A stretch of 61,090 nt of DNA, filler included. It is 8 parts of 8 records of this genome, joined end to end, with 100 filler letters (N's around TTAATTAATTAA, not from the genome) between each part and the next. Parts side by side here need not be neighbours in the genome. Positions count along the whole stretch, not along the records: positions 49,362 to 53,591 come from SRR15195285_42; positions 53,692 to 61,090 come from SRR15195285_45; 6 more parts are not named here. One strand, written 5' to 3'. Positions within the stretch are counted from its first letter, which is position 1, and the number at the start of each line of letters is the position of its first letter. The translations under genes and the position numbers were made by a program. Shown here piece by piece: positions 49,362 to 61,090 of this stretch. The notes beneath the pieces were generated by a model. That model made no database searches and was not told the DNA's origin. It worked only from the letters and a program-made list of their open reading frames with translations.

Positions 49362-52300
49362 CACGCGTGTCCATGTCGACCGCCATCAAGCCTATGGTGG
49401 TTACTCATCAGGCCATCCCCGCCGCAGTCGAACGTCACGTCAATCAACCCACCATCTGGAGACCCGCCGCTCTCAAACATGAAAGGGCCTACCACAGCAG
49501 TAGATGCATGAATGTTATCGCTGCCAAAACGGCTCGTCGGGACAGAAAGCCATTTTCCATTGCATATGTCATAGATATCGGCGTTCTGAAGAGTGTCCGA
49601 GGTCACAACACCGTCAGCGTTCACCTGGAAGCCACCAGAGAGGTAGATCTTGCTGCCGATACCCACTGCACGAGCATATGCACGGCAGGTGGGCATCGAG
49701 ATGCTCGTCCAGCTGTCTGAAAGCGAATCATAGACGTTGACATCACATCCCCACTGAAATACACCGTACTGATTGTTTTGAACCGATGCCGCAGCAGTGC
49801 CGCATACATCAGCATCGGGCCCAAGCTTCGGGGCATCTTCGTACTGTCCGAGTGATCCAGTGTCAATATCGTACACATCAACGCTGTCGTATGATCCCCA
49901 CATGATCTTGTTGCCCACTCGGATGGCTGGTGTGTGGCAGCGAGCGATACTAGACGCAGCTGAGCCAATCTCAGTGGCCGTGTTGGATTCGATGTTGTAC
50001 TCTGTGAGCACGTCAGAGCGAGCACCGCTTGCGAGATCGCCTCCCCAGACGTATGCCCGACCATCGGTGCTGACAGGAAGCGGGTTGTTGAACGGAAACG
50101 ATGCAGTACGGCCAAGCGATCCTGAGGACCAGGTGCTGGTCGCCGTGTCATATATGTCAATCATCGATTCGGGATGAAGCAACTCCCAGTTACCATTGAC
50201 CTGCTTGAGCTGAAAGTCAGTCGTCAGTGCGCTTCCACCGAAGAAAATCGCTTGAGTTCCGTAAGCTGCCGCAGCAATACCACGACGGTCGACCGGAGAG
50301 TGTAGAATTGAACGCTCGAAAATCTGCTCGAGGGGATAATTAGACGCTGGTACTTGCTGCATCCAACCGTCCTGCTGCAAAAGCCGTGTCGGTTCGAACT
50401 CAATGGGATCATAGTTTGGGCACGGGAAAGCGTTCTCACACTGCTGCCCATAATACCCGCCAGGGCATTCGCAGAACGCAAGGTTGACACCATCGATGCA
50501 AGTCCCACCATTAGAGCAAGGATTAGATTCGCAGTTGTCTGTGTCATGACAGACCTGTTCGCTGAGCGCGGCAAGCAGTGCATCGAGAAGGTTGTCTGAG
50601 TTGCGGGACAGCTGGACAACAGAACCACGGCCCAGCTCGGTGACAAGATCTTGGTAGATCGGCATGGCCTCCGTGGTCACAAGGAAGAGCGGGATTATAC
50701 CGCTGCGCTCGAGTGCAGATTTTACCATTTCAGCGTCAGGGTAGTCAGTGACAGCACAATCAGCCTCAGAAGTCCCAGTCGACTGATCAACCAGTCCATG
50801 AGGTGGGTGCCATGGTGCCATCGTGGCACCGTCGCCCTTCTTGTGGTATGGTGAGTCGGTAGTGATCACGATTACACGCATGCTGCTAGACTCAAAACCA
50901 GCATCTGCAGCACGAGCGGCCACGCGATACAACGCATCAAGCTGGGCGTCAGGGCCGTCACCGCCGCCGTAATGAGTCAAGCTTCTTATCGACGCTTCCA
51001 CCTCTGACAGGTCTGGCGAGAGGCCTGAGATTTCGCGATAGCAGAACGCGTTAGAAGATCCGAAGCGCCAAGGCCACACAGGCTTGTCAGAGAAACCACC
51101 AACACCCATGCGCAGCTTATCGACTGCTCCAGCGACGGTAGATATTGTGGTTTTGACCAGCTCCTTCATCATCCAGATATCATCATAGAATGATTCTGTG
51201 AGGTCTTGAAGCAAGAACAGGTCGAGATCAATCGGGCACGCGCCGCCCGGAGTGAGCTGTCCACCTTCGCAACAGGCAGACGGAAGGCTGACCTGCGGAC
51301 GAGTCGAGGGCATCACATCGTACTCCACAGGACAACCAATCGAGTCGGCGCTAGGATCAACGCGCTCCGCGGCGGTCTTGAATGTGTTGATCAGGAAGTA
51401 GTCGTTCGCGTTGTGCAGATCAATGCCTGTGCTCAGAGTGGAGTCGCTCCACATGTCGATGTCGGCCGAGACTAGAAAGTTGGGAGCGTTTGGGCCACCA
51501 GCGTCCATGAGAGCACCATAGGCCTCTAGCTCGTCGTCATACTGCAACAGCACTGTATCCATTACGCCATTCACAGTGATGCCGACGAGCTGTGCTGAGT
51601 CGCCGCCACCGAGCTTCACCTTAGCAAAGCTTTGCCCGCCACATGCCATCGGATTTGACGCCTCGCGAAGATCGAGTTTGGCATCGATTTTCCGGCACGA
51701 TGCTGCAGCACGATGCTGCAGCACGTCGCGGTGGACGACGCGGCAGGCCGCATCACGATCAACAGAATCGCACCCACCGATAAGAAAGTGGCCTGGCTGA
51801 AAAGTCCACGCGCGGAGGGTAGCCACCTCGGTGGCATTGAGCGATTCAGAGCCACCAGAAAACCAAATATCGCACTCAGCCTGTGCCAGATAATAGTCGC
51901 CCACCTCAGGCAGGCTGTTGAAATCGAAGGCGTAATATCCGACCGCCCCTTGTCTGCACCCCACAACAATCACAACAGCCGCGGCCTTGTACTGTTAGAC
52001 CTGTAGTGTTGAGCTCTTGTGTCCGCTAATGCGTACAACTAATGTGCACAGCTCTGTTGCGCGGCAGCTTGCATCAGTGGCCATGCCAAGGAGAGAGGGA
52101 GTCAGATAGCGCCGGCGCACCGTCCGAAGATCTGTTGGTTGGAGAGTTTAGCCCGTGCGCGTGAAAACATTGGACCATTGAAGTCTCCGTAATCGCCTTG
52201 CTTTGAACAGATCTGAAATCGAGGGGGGACGTAGTTCGAGGCGCAGGTGGTAGACCTAGCAGCAACACGGCCTGAGACAGCGTCGATAGCGAGCTTGAAG

Positions 52301-53473
52301 GCAGATAGGACGAAGATATCGGCGGAGCCTCCGTTTTCAAGAGATGGACTCTCTGGGTTGATGCCACTGCCGCCGGTCACTGAGACAGTAGAGAAGAGAT
52401 CGACATCACCGCTGAAAACAGACACACGGTGGTGCGTTAGTAGGCATGTGGTTTGCTCGGCGCAGTTTTGCTGTACACAGCTCAGCTGAGTGTGCCAGCC
52501 AGGGGTGGCAACATGTTGTCCTGCTAGGCAGAACAAAGCGACTACTCATCGAAACACGTACATGAGGAGGATCTTCGGATGTGTGAGACTGTCGACCACA
52601 GCTGCGGGTGACCCGTCCGAGTATCGTGCTAGCGCCTCGAATGAGCTGCCGTTGAGATTGAACGTCGCAGCCCCGGTAAGGGTGCCGCCCACCGCCACAT
52701 CAGAGGTACCACCACAGCTGTTGTGCCACGATGGGAATGTCACAACAATCACCGATCTGTGCCTCAGTGCTGCCACTAGTATGAGCGAAGCTAAATGACA
52801 AGCAGAAGCAGCGCAAAGCTCGACAAGCTGGCTTGGCAAACAAGCGAGCCACTGCACTGTGGCGGGTGTGAGGCTGGCACTCTAGCGAAGCCGAGCGCAA
52901 CGCAGCAAAGACCAGCGCAGCATAGCACAGCACAGCGCAGCACAGACCAGCGCAGCATAGCCGAGCGCACCTGAGCGGATTGCCATTCGGAATCGCCGAT
53001 AGCAGCACGTTCTTGGACTCTAGCGGCGTGACCGGGGCTTCCGCCGGCATGCCCACCGCTCGGCAGACCTCGCCGCGAGCGTCCCCGTTGCAGGCCGCAA
53101 TCACGAACCGCGTGTCGGAGGCATTCACCCAACGGCCTAGTGCGAGCTTCTCATCGGTGCTCCAGCTCGTATCGTCACCAGAGAACCAGATGTCGCAGCC
53201 GCCGCCCTCGAGCGCAGCGGGTGTGATCCCGGTCAGCGGCGTCGCGAAGTGCAGCACGTCGGGTGCAGCAGAGCCGGTCGGCCCGAAGAATTCCAGGTTC
53301 CCGAGCTTCGACCTGAGGTTTTCCATCGGCCCGTAGCCGATCGTCCCTGGCGCCGCTGAGTTCCAGCTGTAAGCTTTGCCTGTGCAGACCGTGTACACGG
53401 CTGCTCGCGCTGAACCCGTGGTGAAGAGCAGCAGCGTCGCGAGGGACGCCGCTGCCAGCCCGCGCGACCGCAT
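49362..53473 (-). CDS. Secreted protein: signal peptide, two tandem ~240-aa alpha/beta modules, integrin-beta I-like VWA domain, Ca-binding EGF, kelch propeller; runs off the contig. Exons 53473..52971, 52717..52562, 52411..52121, 51953..49362
   Basis: Signal [24 protein letters not shown]. Three phase-2 GT-AG introns (52718..52970, 52412..52561, 51954..52120) give one frame in which the two CDIWFSG repeats align. Beta-I motifs [75 protein letters not shown]. Kelch GG..YD..W repeats. Confidence 0.85.
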
Positions 53474-53554
53474 ACCCGGCGTGGCACAGGCAGCCTCGGA
53501 CTTGACTCGAACAGGTGTGTGTTGAAAAACACAGCCCTTAGACCTGTCTCAGCC

Positions 53555-53591
53555 CTCTCTCTCTGTGTGTCTCTCTCTCTCTCTCTCTCTC
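53555..53591. repeat. (CT)n/(GT)n microsatellite at the contig end
   Basis: Read directly from the sequence. Confidence 0.9.
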
Positions 53592-53691
53592 NNNNNNNNN
53601 NNNNNNNNNNNNNNNNNNNNNNNNNNNNNNNNNNNTTAATTAATTAANNNNNNNNNNNNNNNNNNNNNNNNNNNNNNNNNNNNNNNNNNNN
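53592..53691. other. Artificial contig spacer
   Basis: N44-TTAATTAATTAA-N44. Confidence 0.99.
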
Positions 53692-53773
53692 TGAAACCAT
53701 GGAGTAGGCAGGGCCAGGGCGTTGGTGTCCACAGGGGGCACAGTGGGCGCAGCCTGCAGCTGCAGCGAGATCG

Positions 53774-56700
53774 ATGGCTCCGGGGGTGGCGGGCGGCGCC
53801 GACAGCTCGGAGCGGCTGCTGCGGGAGGCATGGCAGGCGGCGCGGCTGCGGCGTGCCTTCCAGCCGGTTGCGGAGCCCTCGCAGCGGCTGGACTTCGCGG
53901 CGGCCGTCTCAGTGTGGCGTGCGATCGGCGAGGCCGCGGCGGAGAAGCTGAGAGAGGGCAGGTAGGTCGGCCAGCTGATCCGTGCTGGCGCTTTTCAGCG
54001 TTCTGTGGCGTCAAGCTGCTGGAGTCAATCCGTCAGCCAGTCCCAAACCACACTGTATGAGACAGCACGGCTTGCACATTGCCTATGCCATATAGTGGCG
54101 TTTGCTTGTGTGGACACATGCGTCAAGGCTGTCGTTGCTGCTGGGAACAGGGGGACGGCGCTGAAAGGACTGGGATCGTTCGTGCTGCTGCATGGCGGTG
54201 CGAGTGGACAGCCCGGTGGGCTGCGCACGCCTGCGCTGCAGATGAGCCGCGACTTTGTGCGCAGCACAGGGCTAGTGCCGGCGGCTCCGGACGCACCGCC
54301 GCGCGCCATCGCTTCGACGTCGTCAGCGATGTCGTTCGCGTCGCTTTCGCGGCAGTGCGGTGTGCCCAAAGATATGGTGCAGGCGGTGGTCAAAGAGGTT
54401 TCGCTCGCGCTTGGCGTAGCGGCAGTCGAAAATACTGCAGGAGTCTGGCTCTCTCTGCCGCCACTCGGGTCGTTTCACTGCGCTAGTGGGAAGGCCAGGT
54501 TTGTGTTCAGCCGGGAGTTCTGTGCAGGTGCCGAGCTCTGCCAGGTAGCAGTCAAACTTGGACAGCCGAGCCCGCCACCCTCTTCGCTTCGTGAGTTCAC
54601 TGCTGCCGTTGGTGCCGAAGCTGGCTCAGCTGCAGCAGCTTCGCTACAGCCGGGCCAGACCTTCCGAGCCGGCCGCCACAGAGGCCAGCGTGGGCGCCCG
54701 AGCGGCGCACAGCACCAGTCACGGCAGCGGCGTTCATTGGTGGAGGGGCACGAGAAGGCGGATCGTGCTCCGGAGATCGACGACAGTAGCTCCGGCAGCA
54801 GTCATTCTCTGCGTGTTCGGCAGGCTGACGTGGGCGAGGCGTTTGAGCCGAGGGAACCGCCGCCGGCAGCGCGGAAGCACCGGCAGCATGCTGCCCCACT
54901 GATAGAGCAGGCCAATGTGCAAATGCCCAGGAGTTTGCAAGCCGACGACAGAGCTGTCGCGGCAGGCCAGCGCCGTGCCCCTCGTTCTGCTGCGGTGTCG
55001 TCGCGGGACGCGAGCGGCTACGGCACCGGCACCGGGGCTGGGCGAGGGGAGAGAAAAAGAGCATTAACCGTCGAGCAGGTCGCCTTGGTCCGACGGCTCT
55101 GTCGTCTCTTGGATGTATTTTGCGCGCTTGATGGCAGCGGACGTGGCGTCCTGAAGGAATTTGATCTGACCACCGGTTTGCCGAGTGCTCTCGGCGTGAA
55201 TCTGCCGCCGCCAACAATTCGCGCGCTGCTGTCATACTTGAATTCTGGTGCGTGGATCCCCGATCCTCCCTTTTGCCAGAACGCGCCTCTTGTTTCAGCT
55301 TTTCTTTCGTATTTTTGAATGACTGTATTTCCACCCCGATTCCCAAGATTTGAAGCAAAAGCAAAAGAAAAGTGAAATGATGATCTGGCTGGTCAGGGGA
55401 TGGGACCGAGAAGGTAACGCGGCCGCAGTTCGTGCGTAAGTTCATTCGATATGAAGAAACCGCCAGTGGCGGCGCCAGCCAGCGCTCAGCACGTATGGAG
55501 ATGATGGACCCGTACGGTGTGGCAAGCGCGCCACCTGCGTTTGCGAGCATCGTGGCACCGAAAGTATGTGATGTCCAGCTCGAGCTCGATTTCAGCCACC
55601 GCCGCACATTGCAGACACCAGCGGACGCTGCAGCAGTTCCTGTAACGCAGCTGCGAACACTGTTGGCAGATATACTCCCAGAGTGGTCGAACGCGGCCAT
55701 TGATAACGTGTTTTTCACCACGGTGCAGCCGAGACAACCTGGTGCAGGCGTTCCAGTGGTTGACTACAAGCAAGCATTGCTGCCACACGTGCAGTCTGAT
55801 GAGGGCGTGGAGTCTGCAGCTGTCGCACGCACGAATAGATTGGGTTCTGGAATTGCTGGAGGCAGTGGAGTGGCACCAATCTTCCGACTTGCTGAAGCAG
55901 ACCGCGAGCTGGTACGCTAATTCTTGTTCAGCAGTGATTGCAGGGTATACCTATTCCGCACACCAACCGAGTGCATTCACAATCAAACATGGCTCGGTTG
56001 ATCTCATATCTACTCTTTCGCTGCCTGGAACGGAATGTTTTGTTTGTGCGAGCAGGTGAAACAGGTGCAGGATGCGTTATATCGTAAGCGGTTTACTATC
56101 AAGGACGCATTCCGAAAAATGGACGCAGATATGGATGGATACGTCTCGATTCAGGAGTTATTGGGCTTTCTGAGCGAACTTGGTGTGGAGTCTACCGAGG
56201 CACAGCTGCGCTCTATGCTAGGTATTGTAGACGTAGCAGCGCCGAAAGCAACGGGTGGTGCATCCCCTAGCTCGCGCGGCTCTGTTGCGTATTCCACGCT
56301 GCGTCAGATCCTTGGTGCTCGAGTGACAACATATCCGCGACAGTCGGACTGGGAAGAGACTGTCTTTCAGGAGCTGCGGAAGTGGATGCAGAGGCGCCGT
56401 ATGACGTCGAAATCCGCCTTTGCGCAATTTGCGGGAACCGGCACTCCACCCAAAATGTCAGCGACCGACCTCAAAACTGCACTGCGCAGCGTTGCACCGC
56501 AAATGACACTTGCCAGCTGGCAGGTCGAACACCTGCTGCACCTAATGGACAGCGACGGCGATGGAAAAATTTCTGCAGATGAATGGAACCGTCGTTTCGA
56601 CGTCGAGACTACTACTGCTCGCTGGGATTCTTCTGCTCTGCGCAAGTTGCGAGATACCCTGTATCTCCAAAAGATCTCGCCGGCAGTGTTTTTGAGACAG

Positions 56701-59700
56701 TGCGATAGCAATCGTGATGGCTGTGTCTCTGCTGCTGAATTGCAGCGGACATTTGTGAATGTTGTCGAGGGTCTGAGTAACGCGGAGGCAGCAGAACTTG
56801 TGCGCGAGCTGATGCCCGGCGGTACCAAAGGGCGCGCTGCTGGTAAATCGAAGGCCGCACGGCCAGACCTCAACAAATTGCATGAGCTCTTGACCCAAAA
56901 TCCTGCGGCCAATGGTGGCTCAGAGGAGCGCCTGCTCAAGCGTGTGCGGGACAAGTTGCTCACTCTACCGGGTGGTGCAGAGCATGCTATCGCTAATGCG
57001 TTCCAGTCGTTCGATACTGACGGCGACGGCAGCTTGAGTCGAGAGGAGTTTCGTCGAGGAATCGGTTCGCTCCAGTTGGGTCTTGGTGTGCATGAGATCG
57101 ATAGGCTGCTCGACCTTGCAGACGAGAACGGTGATATTCCAACAAAGTCCTTTGTTTCAGTCAAGTTTCAAGCAAACTGAGTTTGATTCTGTGACAGGTG
57201 ACGGCGAGCTCGAGTTCGACGAGTTCGTCGATCGGATCTTGAAGAGGCCCAGCCAGCCTCACATTGGTGTTCGACACTGGAAGCGGCAGCTACAGCTGGC
57301 GCTAGCCGCAGACGGTGAGGGGAAGACATTGCGTGCTGTGTTTGGAGAATGGGACAGAAGTGGCACAAAACGTTTATCGATGAATGAACTGAAGCGCGGA
57401 ATGCTGGCCATGCCAGTCTTCAAGCGGCTGAAGCTACGTGAGACTGACATTGAGGCAATGTTCGTACAGGCAGACACAAAACAGGATGGTTTCATCACAA
57501 GGGAGCAGTTTGTGAGGTATTTTAGCGGCGACCACGAGGGGATGGCACTATCTGCCCACCTGCCGCCGGCGGTCCTCTTACAGCAGAATAAGCCGTGGGC
57601 TGTAGACTCGAAGCACGCGCTCGAGACTGCTGTGAAGACCGCCGCATGGGAAGGCCGTCTGGAGTACACTGTCTTGACATCGGACCCAATGCAGAGACTA
57701 CGCGATAGACTGTTCGAGAAGCGTGTCACGGCAACAGAAGTCTTTCGTGCATTTGATGCGGATCGTGATGGTTTCGTCTCACGTGATGACTTTATCGCAG
57801 GCTGCACAGGCTCGAGCCATACCGTCTTCAGCTGCTTGAAGGACACGAAAGAACTCGGATTGAGTGGGCTAGTGTGTTCTAGCCTGTTCGATGAGATCGA
57901 TGGTTCTTCGCGAGGTTTTGTCGAATTACCAGCGTGGCAACGTGCGCTGACTGAGCCACCAGTGAAGCGCAGTTATGAGGCCAATGTGGTGGCGACTATA
58001 CATAACTTGCTGGATAAGAGCAAATTCAGCGTAGACACACTATTTTCGGAGTGGAACACGAGCAAGGACAGCAGACTCACCGCTGCACAATTCTGCAGCG
58101 GCTGCCGTCGGGCGGGAGTGCAGCTGCCGCTTGCGCACTTGGTCGAAATGTTCCGTCAGATGGACACTCAGGATCGCGGGGCGATTGCACTGTCTGCGTT
58201 CAAGAAGCGATTTGCGTTCCCTGTTCTTCCATGGGATTGGGCGGAGCGAGCTGCAGATTCGCTTGGCCGCATCCTGTTTGAAGCTACAGGCGCTCAAACA
58301 GTCAGTGAGGTCGGCCTCGCTCTCTCGCCACAAGAGACACGACGGACGACACACCCGTACGTAACGCAGGACTCGTTCAAACAGGCGGTAGAGGGCGTGG
58401 TTGGTTCGGATAGGCTCTCCTCGCTGCCACTACGGCCGCAGCAGTGGGCCCCGTTCTTCAAGTTCTTAGATAGCGGCAATGGGATTGGCACTGTTGCTGT
58501 AGAGGGCGACGGAAAGCTAGCAGAGGATGACTTGGAGCGATGGCTCGGACATTTGGCTCCCGTTCCGCGAATTCTCGCCGAAATAGGGGTGCGCAGCCAC
58601 ACTACAGCGTTGTCAAGTGGCCACAGCAGCACTGCTTGTATGTGCCTATCTAACCTTAGGCTTTAATAGTTCAAAGATATCTTTGAAATTGCAGTGCAGT
58701 AGTCACTGTAGGATACTAACCGCTGGCTGACCGACCTTCGTGCCAAACGTGAGATCCGCGAACTTCTAACTCCATATTTCTTTGTGTAGGACCTACTTTA
58801 CATGAAGAAGCTCTCAGTTGCGGAAGTTTTCCGTCGCGTAGATGTCGATGGGAGCGGTTGGGTGCGCTGACAGACACCTTTACTGATAGTCAAAGGGATA
58901 CGCCTACATTGGAAACGCTTGTTGTGCCCGTTGGTAGGTGGACAAGGAAGATTTTTCTGAGGCGCTGGCAGCGCTGCGGGAAGGCCGGGGCACGCAGGCA
59001 GAGGCGGACGCGATGTGGTCACACCTCGCGCGGAGGAAGTCACGTGTTGGATTCGAGCAGTTCTGCGTGAGTCTTGCCCAAACAATACAGTTGACCGTAC
59101 CCTTCAAAGCTCGCTCAATGCAAGTTTGTGGGCCCTCTTGGTGTCTATGCAGGCGGCGCTTCGCGAATCACCGCTGCCTGTGGGGTGGAAGACCGCCGCA
59201 CAGTCTGCTCTGCGAATGCGCCTCCGGTCTAAGCATGGTCAGTCCGGTAATGTTAGTGCGATATTGGACGCAATGTGTGCTGTCGGTGGCTCCATTGGAC
59301 CGGGTCTGCTTGCACCTGTTGGTTGGAGGCGCAGTGTACAGCGCCTGGGACTTCGACTAAGCGCTCGGCAGTGTGACGAAGTGTTCAAGACCATTGATAC
59401 CAACAACGACAGTGCTGTCGATCTGCATGAGCTCTTAGCATGGCTCAACGGAGAGCAAGGCACCCCGGTACCGATTGTCAAGTCGGAGCACAGCCAGATG
59501 TCCGCTGTATCTGTGTCACAAGAGCGTGCCACTGAGGAGGTTGCTGCGGCCGTAGCGACACTGGTGCGCGAGCAGTTCGGTGGATCTGCTGAGACAGCAT
59601 TCTTGTATCTACTAGAGGTGACACCTCGTGCCTTGAACCACCCCGACAAGTCACAAGTTGCACAAAACGTCGCCAACTTGGATGATTCTGATCCGAGCGA

Positions 59701-60695
59701 GAGCGAGATGGAACTCGACGAGAGCGTATGGACACGGCAGCAGCAGCAGCAAGAACAGAAGGACCGGTGCGGTGAACTCGTTCAATGCATGGTTGATAGC
59801 AGTGTTCTGTCCAGGCCAGCATAGAAGTTTTCATTTGTTGTATAGTGATCACAAGCTGCATTGACTTGTGTGCACCTCTGTATATCTGTTGCAGGGAGGC
59901 GATACTCGCGACTTCGTTCACTCTACGCGGATTTCTGGCGGCCATGCAGCGTCTCTTTGTGCTCTCGAGCGGCAGCACGGCGCCGACTATCGTAGAGGCA
60001 GAGGCACTATTTTTCAGATCAACTGGGTTGCAGGCCGATACGCCAGGTTTCCTTCGCTTGCCGGACTTTCAACGACTATGTGCATTGGGTAGTTGCAGCA
60101 ATGTGGGTGCCGCGAGCCTGAAGGAGGAGATGCAGCCGCCCGCAGCGGTGGAGTACATCGGCCGGCATTGCGAGTTGATCCTCACGAATCTCACGAAACC
60201 TGCGGCGTCTGCGAACTTCGGACTTGAAGAAACGATCAACCAAGCAGCCGAAGGCTACGCCACGATGGTGCAGCTGCGTCAGGCGCTGTGTAAATCTCAC
60301 CCAACAAACAATCGACGTGGTTCGACCGGTCGTTCCAATGTTCGGCCGGGGCTGGTCCTAACGGAGAAAGGCTGGGAGGAGCTGGAGCGCCTCGCAGATC
60401 CAACGCGAGCCGGCGTGTTTGACTACGAAGCTTTTGTGCGGTGCGCATGGCCAGCCCATGATATGATCCTGCTCTTACTCTGGTTGCCCCTGGTTTGTGA
60501 CTCGCTGAGTTTAAACTGCGGTCATGGGTGAGCAGGCGCTGTCAGCTGCGTGTGCTAGCATGCGATGCAAGGCACCAGACTGGTAAAGCTCAACGTACTG
60601 CAGAGAGCCTACGTCCGCGGCTACGCGCACCGACACCGCGTGAGACCACGCGAATCTGGGGCTCTGCACGCTCCAACGTTGGGCTTGTCCGGTGA
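53774..60695 (+). CDS. CCDC81-like tandem HU-domain protein fused to a long EF-hand array; exons 53774..53961, 54151..55247, 55397..55911, 56056..57130, 57198..58588, 58790..58861, 58938..59066, 59153..59766, 59895..60440, 60536..60695
   Basis: Nine GT-AG introns keep the frame and rebuild EF loops across junctions (DENG/DGELEFDEF, DVDGSGW/VDKEDF). The N-terminus SVWRAIGE..GRGTALKGLGSF..TPALQMSRDFV..MSFASLSRQCGVPKDMVQAVVKEV..LGSFHCASGKARFVFSREF matches the two HU-CCDC81 domains. The last exon is the least certain. Confidence 0.82.
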
Positions 60696-61090
60696 CCGCT
60701 CAAGAGGGCCCAGGTGTCGTCACACTGCAAAACTACACGGCAAGCATAGTGCGGGTGCTCGAGATGCGAGAACGTATATGATAACGAGTCGTAACATGAC
60801 ACCAGCTGGCAGTGGGGCTGTTCAGCTCCATCTGGCCTCCATTAGTGATAGTGCAGTGCCGAGTCACCCCGGCATGCACATCGACTCACCGTTGGTGCGA
60901 ATGCACAGCAGAATGAGCGACTATCGAACGAGCTTGCGAAGGCCAGCGCGGAAAGCCGCATCTTGCGCGCACACCTTCAAGCTCTTGATGACCCCATGGC
61001 CTAGAGCGTCCCAACACTGTCGTTGCGTTTGCAACGAGTAGCTAGGGCGAGTGAACTAAGGGGCTGAAAGACAGACACTCGAGTGTGGAA

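Noticed and set aside
52860-52965. Cys-rich peptide [18 protein letters not shown]
   Set aside because: Read-through translation of an intronic pentanucleotide-like (cagca) repeat.
55318-59894. Apparent frameshifts or pseudogenisation between consecutive EF-hand ORFs
   Set aside because: Every break is explained by a phase-compatible GT-AG intron.
3790-60695. Apparent ciliary or sensory gene cluster (CEP290, PKD1-like, channel, CCDC81-like)
   Set aside because: The genes sit on separate contigs joined artificially, so no linkage can be inferred.
1-61090. rRNA, tRNA, transposase, reverse transcriptase or viral genes
   Set aside because: None recognised by eye. tRNAscan-SE, Infernal and RepeatModeler would be needed to exclude them.

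Overview
This window is not one locus. It is eight eukaryotic contigs joined by artificial 100-bp spacers (N44-TTAATTAATTAA-N44), so adjacency across spacers carries no information. The DNA is GC-rich and gene-dense, with short GT-AG introns (donor mostly GTGCG) and several huge exons. Cilia-associated genes (CEP290, a CCDC81-like protein, a polycystin-1-like receptor) point to a flagellated protist; a Picozoa-like origin is my inference from recall, not a search result. Reconstructed genes: an unknown membrane protein (partial); CEP290 (partial); a WW-domain protein; a 2096-aa PHTF/7TM-ion-channel-like protein with a hevein-like loop; CapZ beta (partial); a ~4600-aa polycystin-1-like receptor lacking PLAT and the channel half; a 3357-aa four-domain Nav/Cav-type channel; an ankyrin-RING protein; a secreted integrin-beta-I/EGF/kelch protein; and a 10-exon CCDC81-HU/poly-EF-hand protein. 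The most notable observations are the channel's atypical D/L/D/Q filter, a ~1100-aa nested C2/PH/SH3b insertion inside its C-terminal EF-hand-like domain, similar nested domain architecture in other genes, the single-chain beta-I plus propeller protein, and a short helical module shared by unrelated proteins. All domain calls are by-eye motif recognition.
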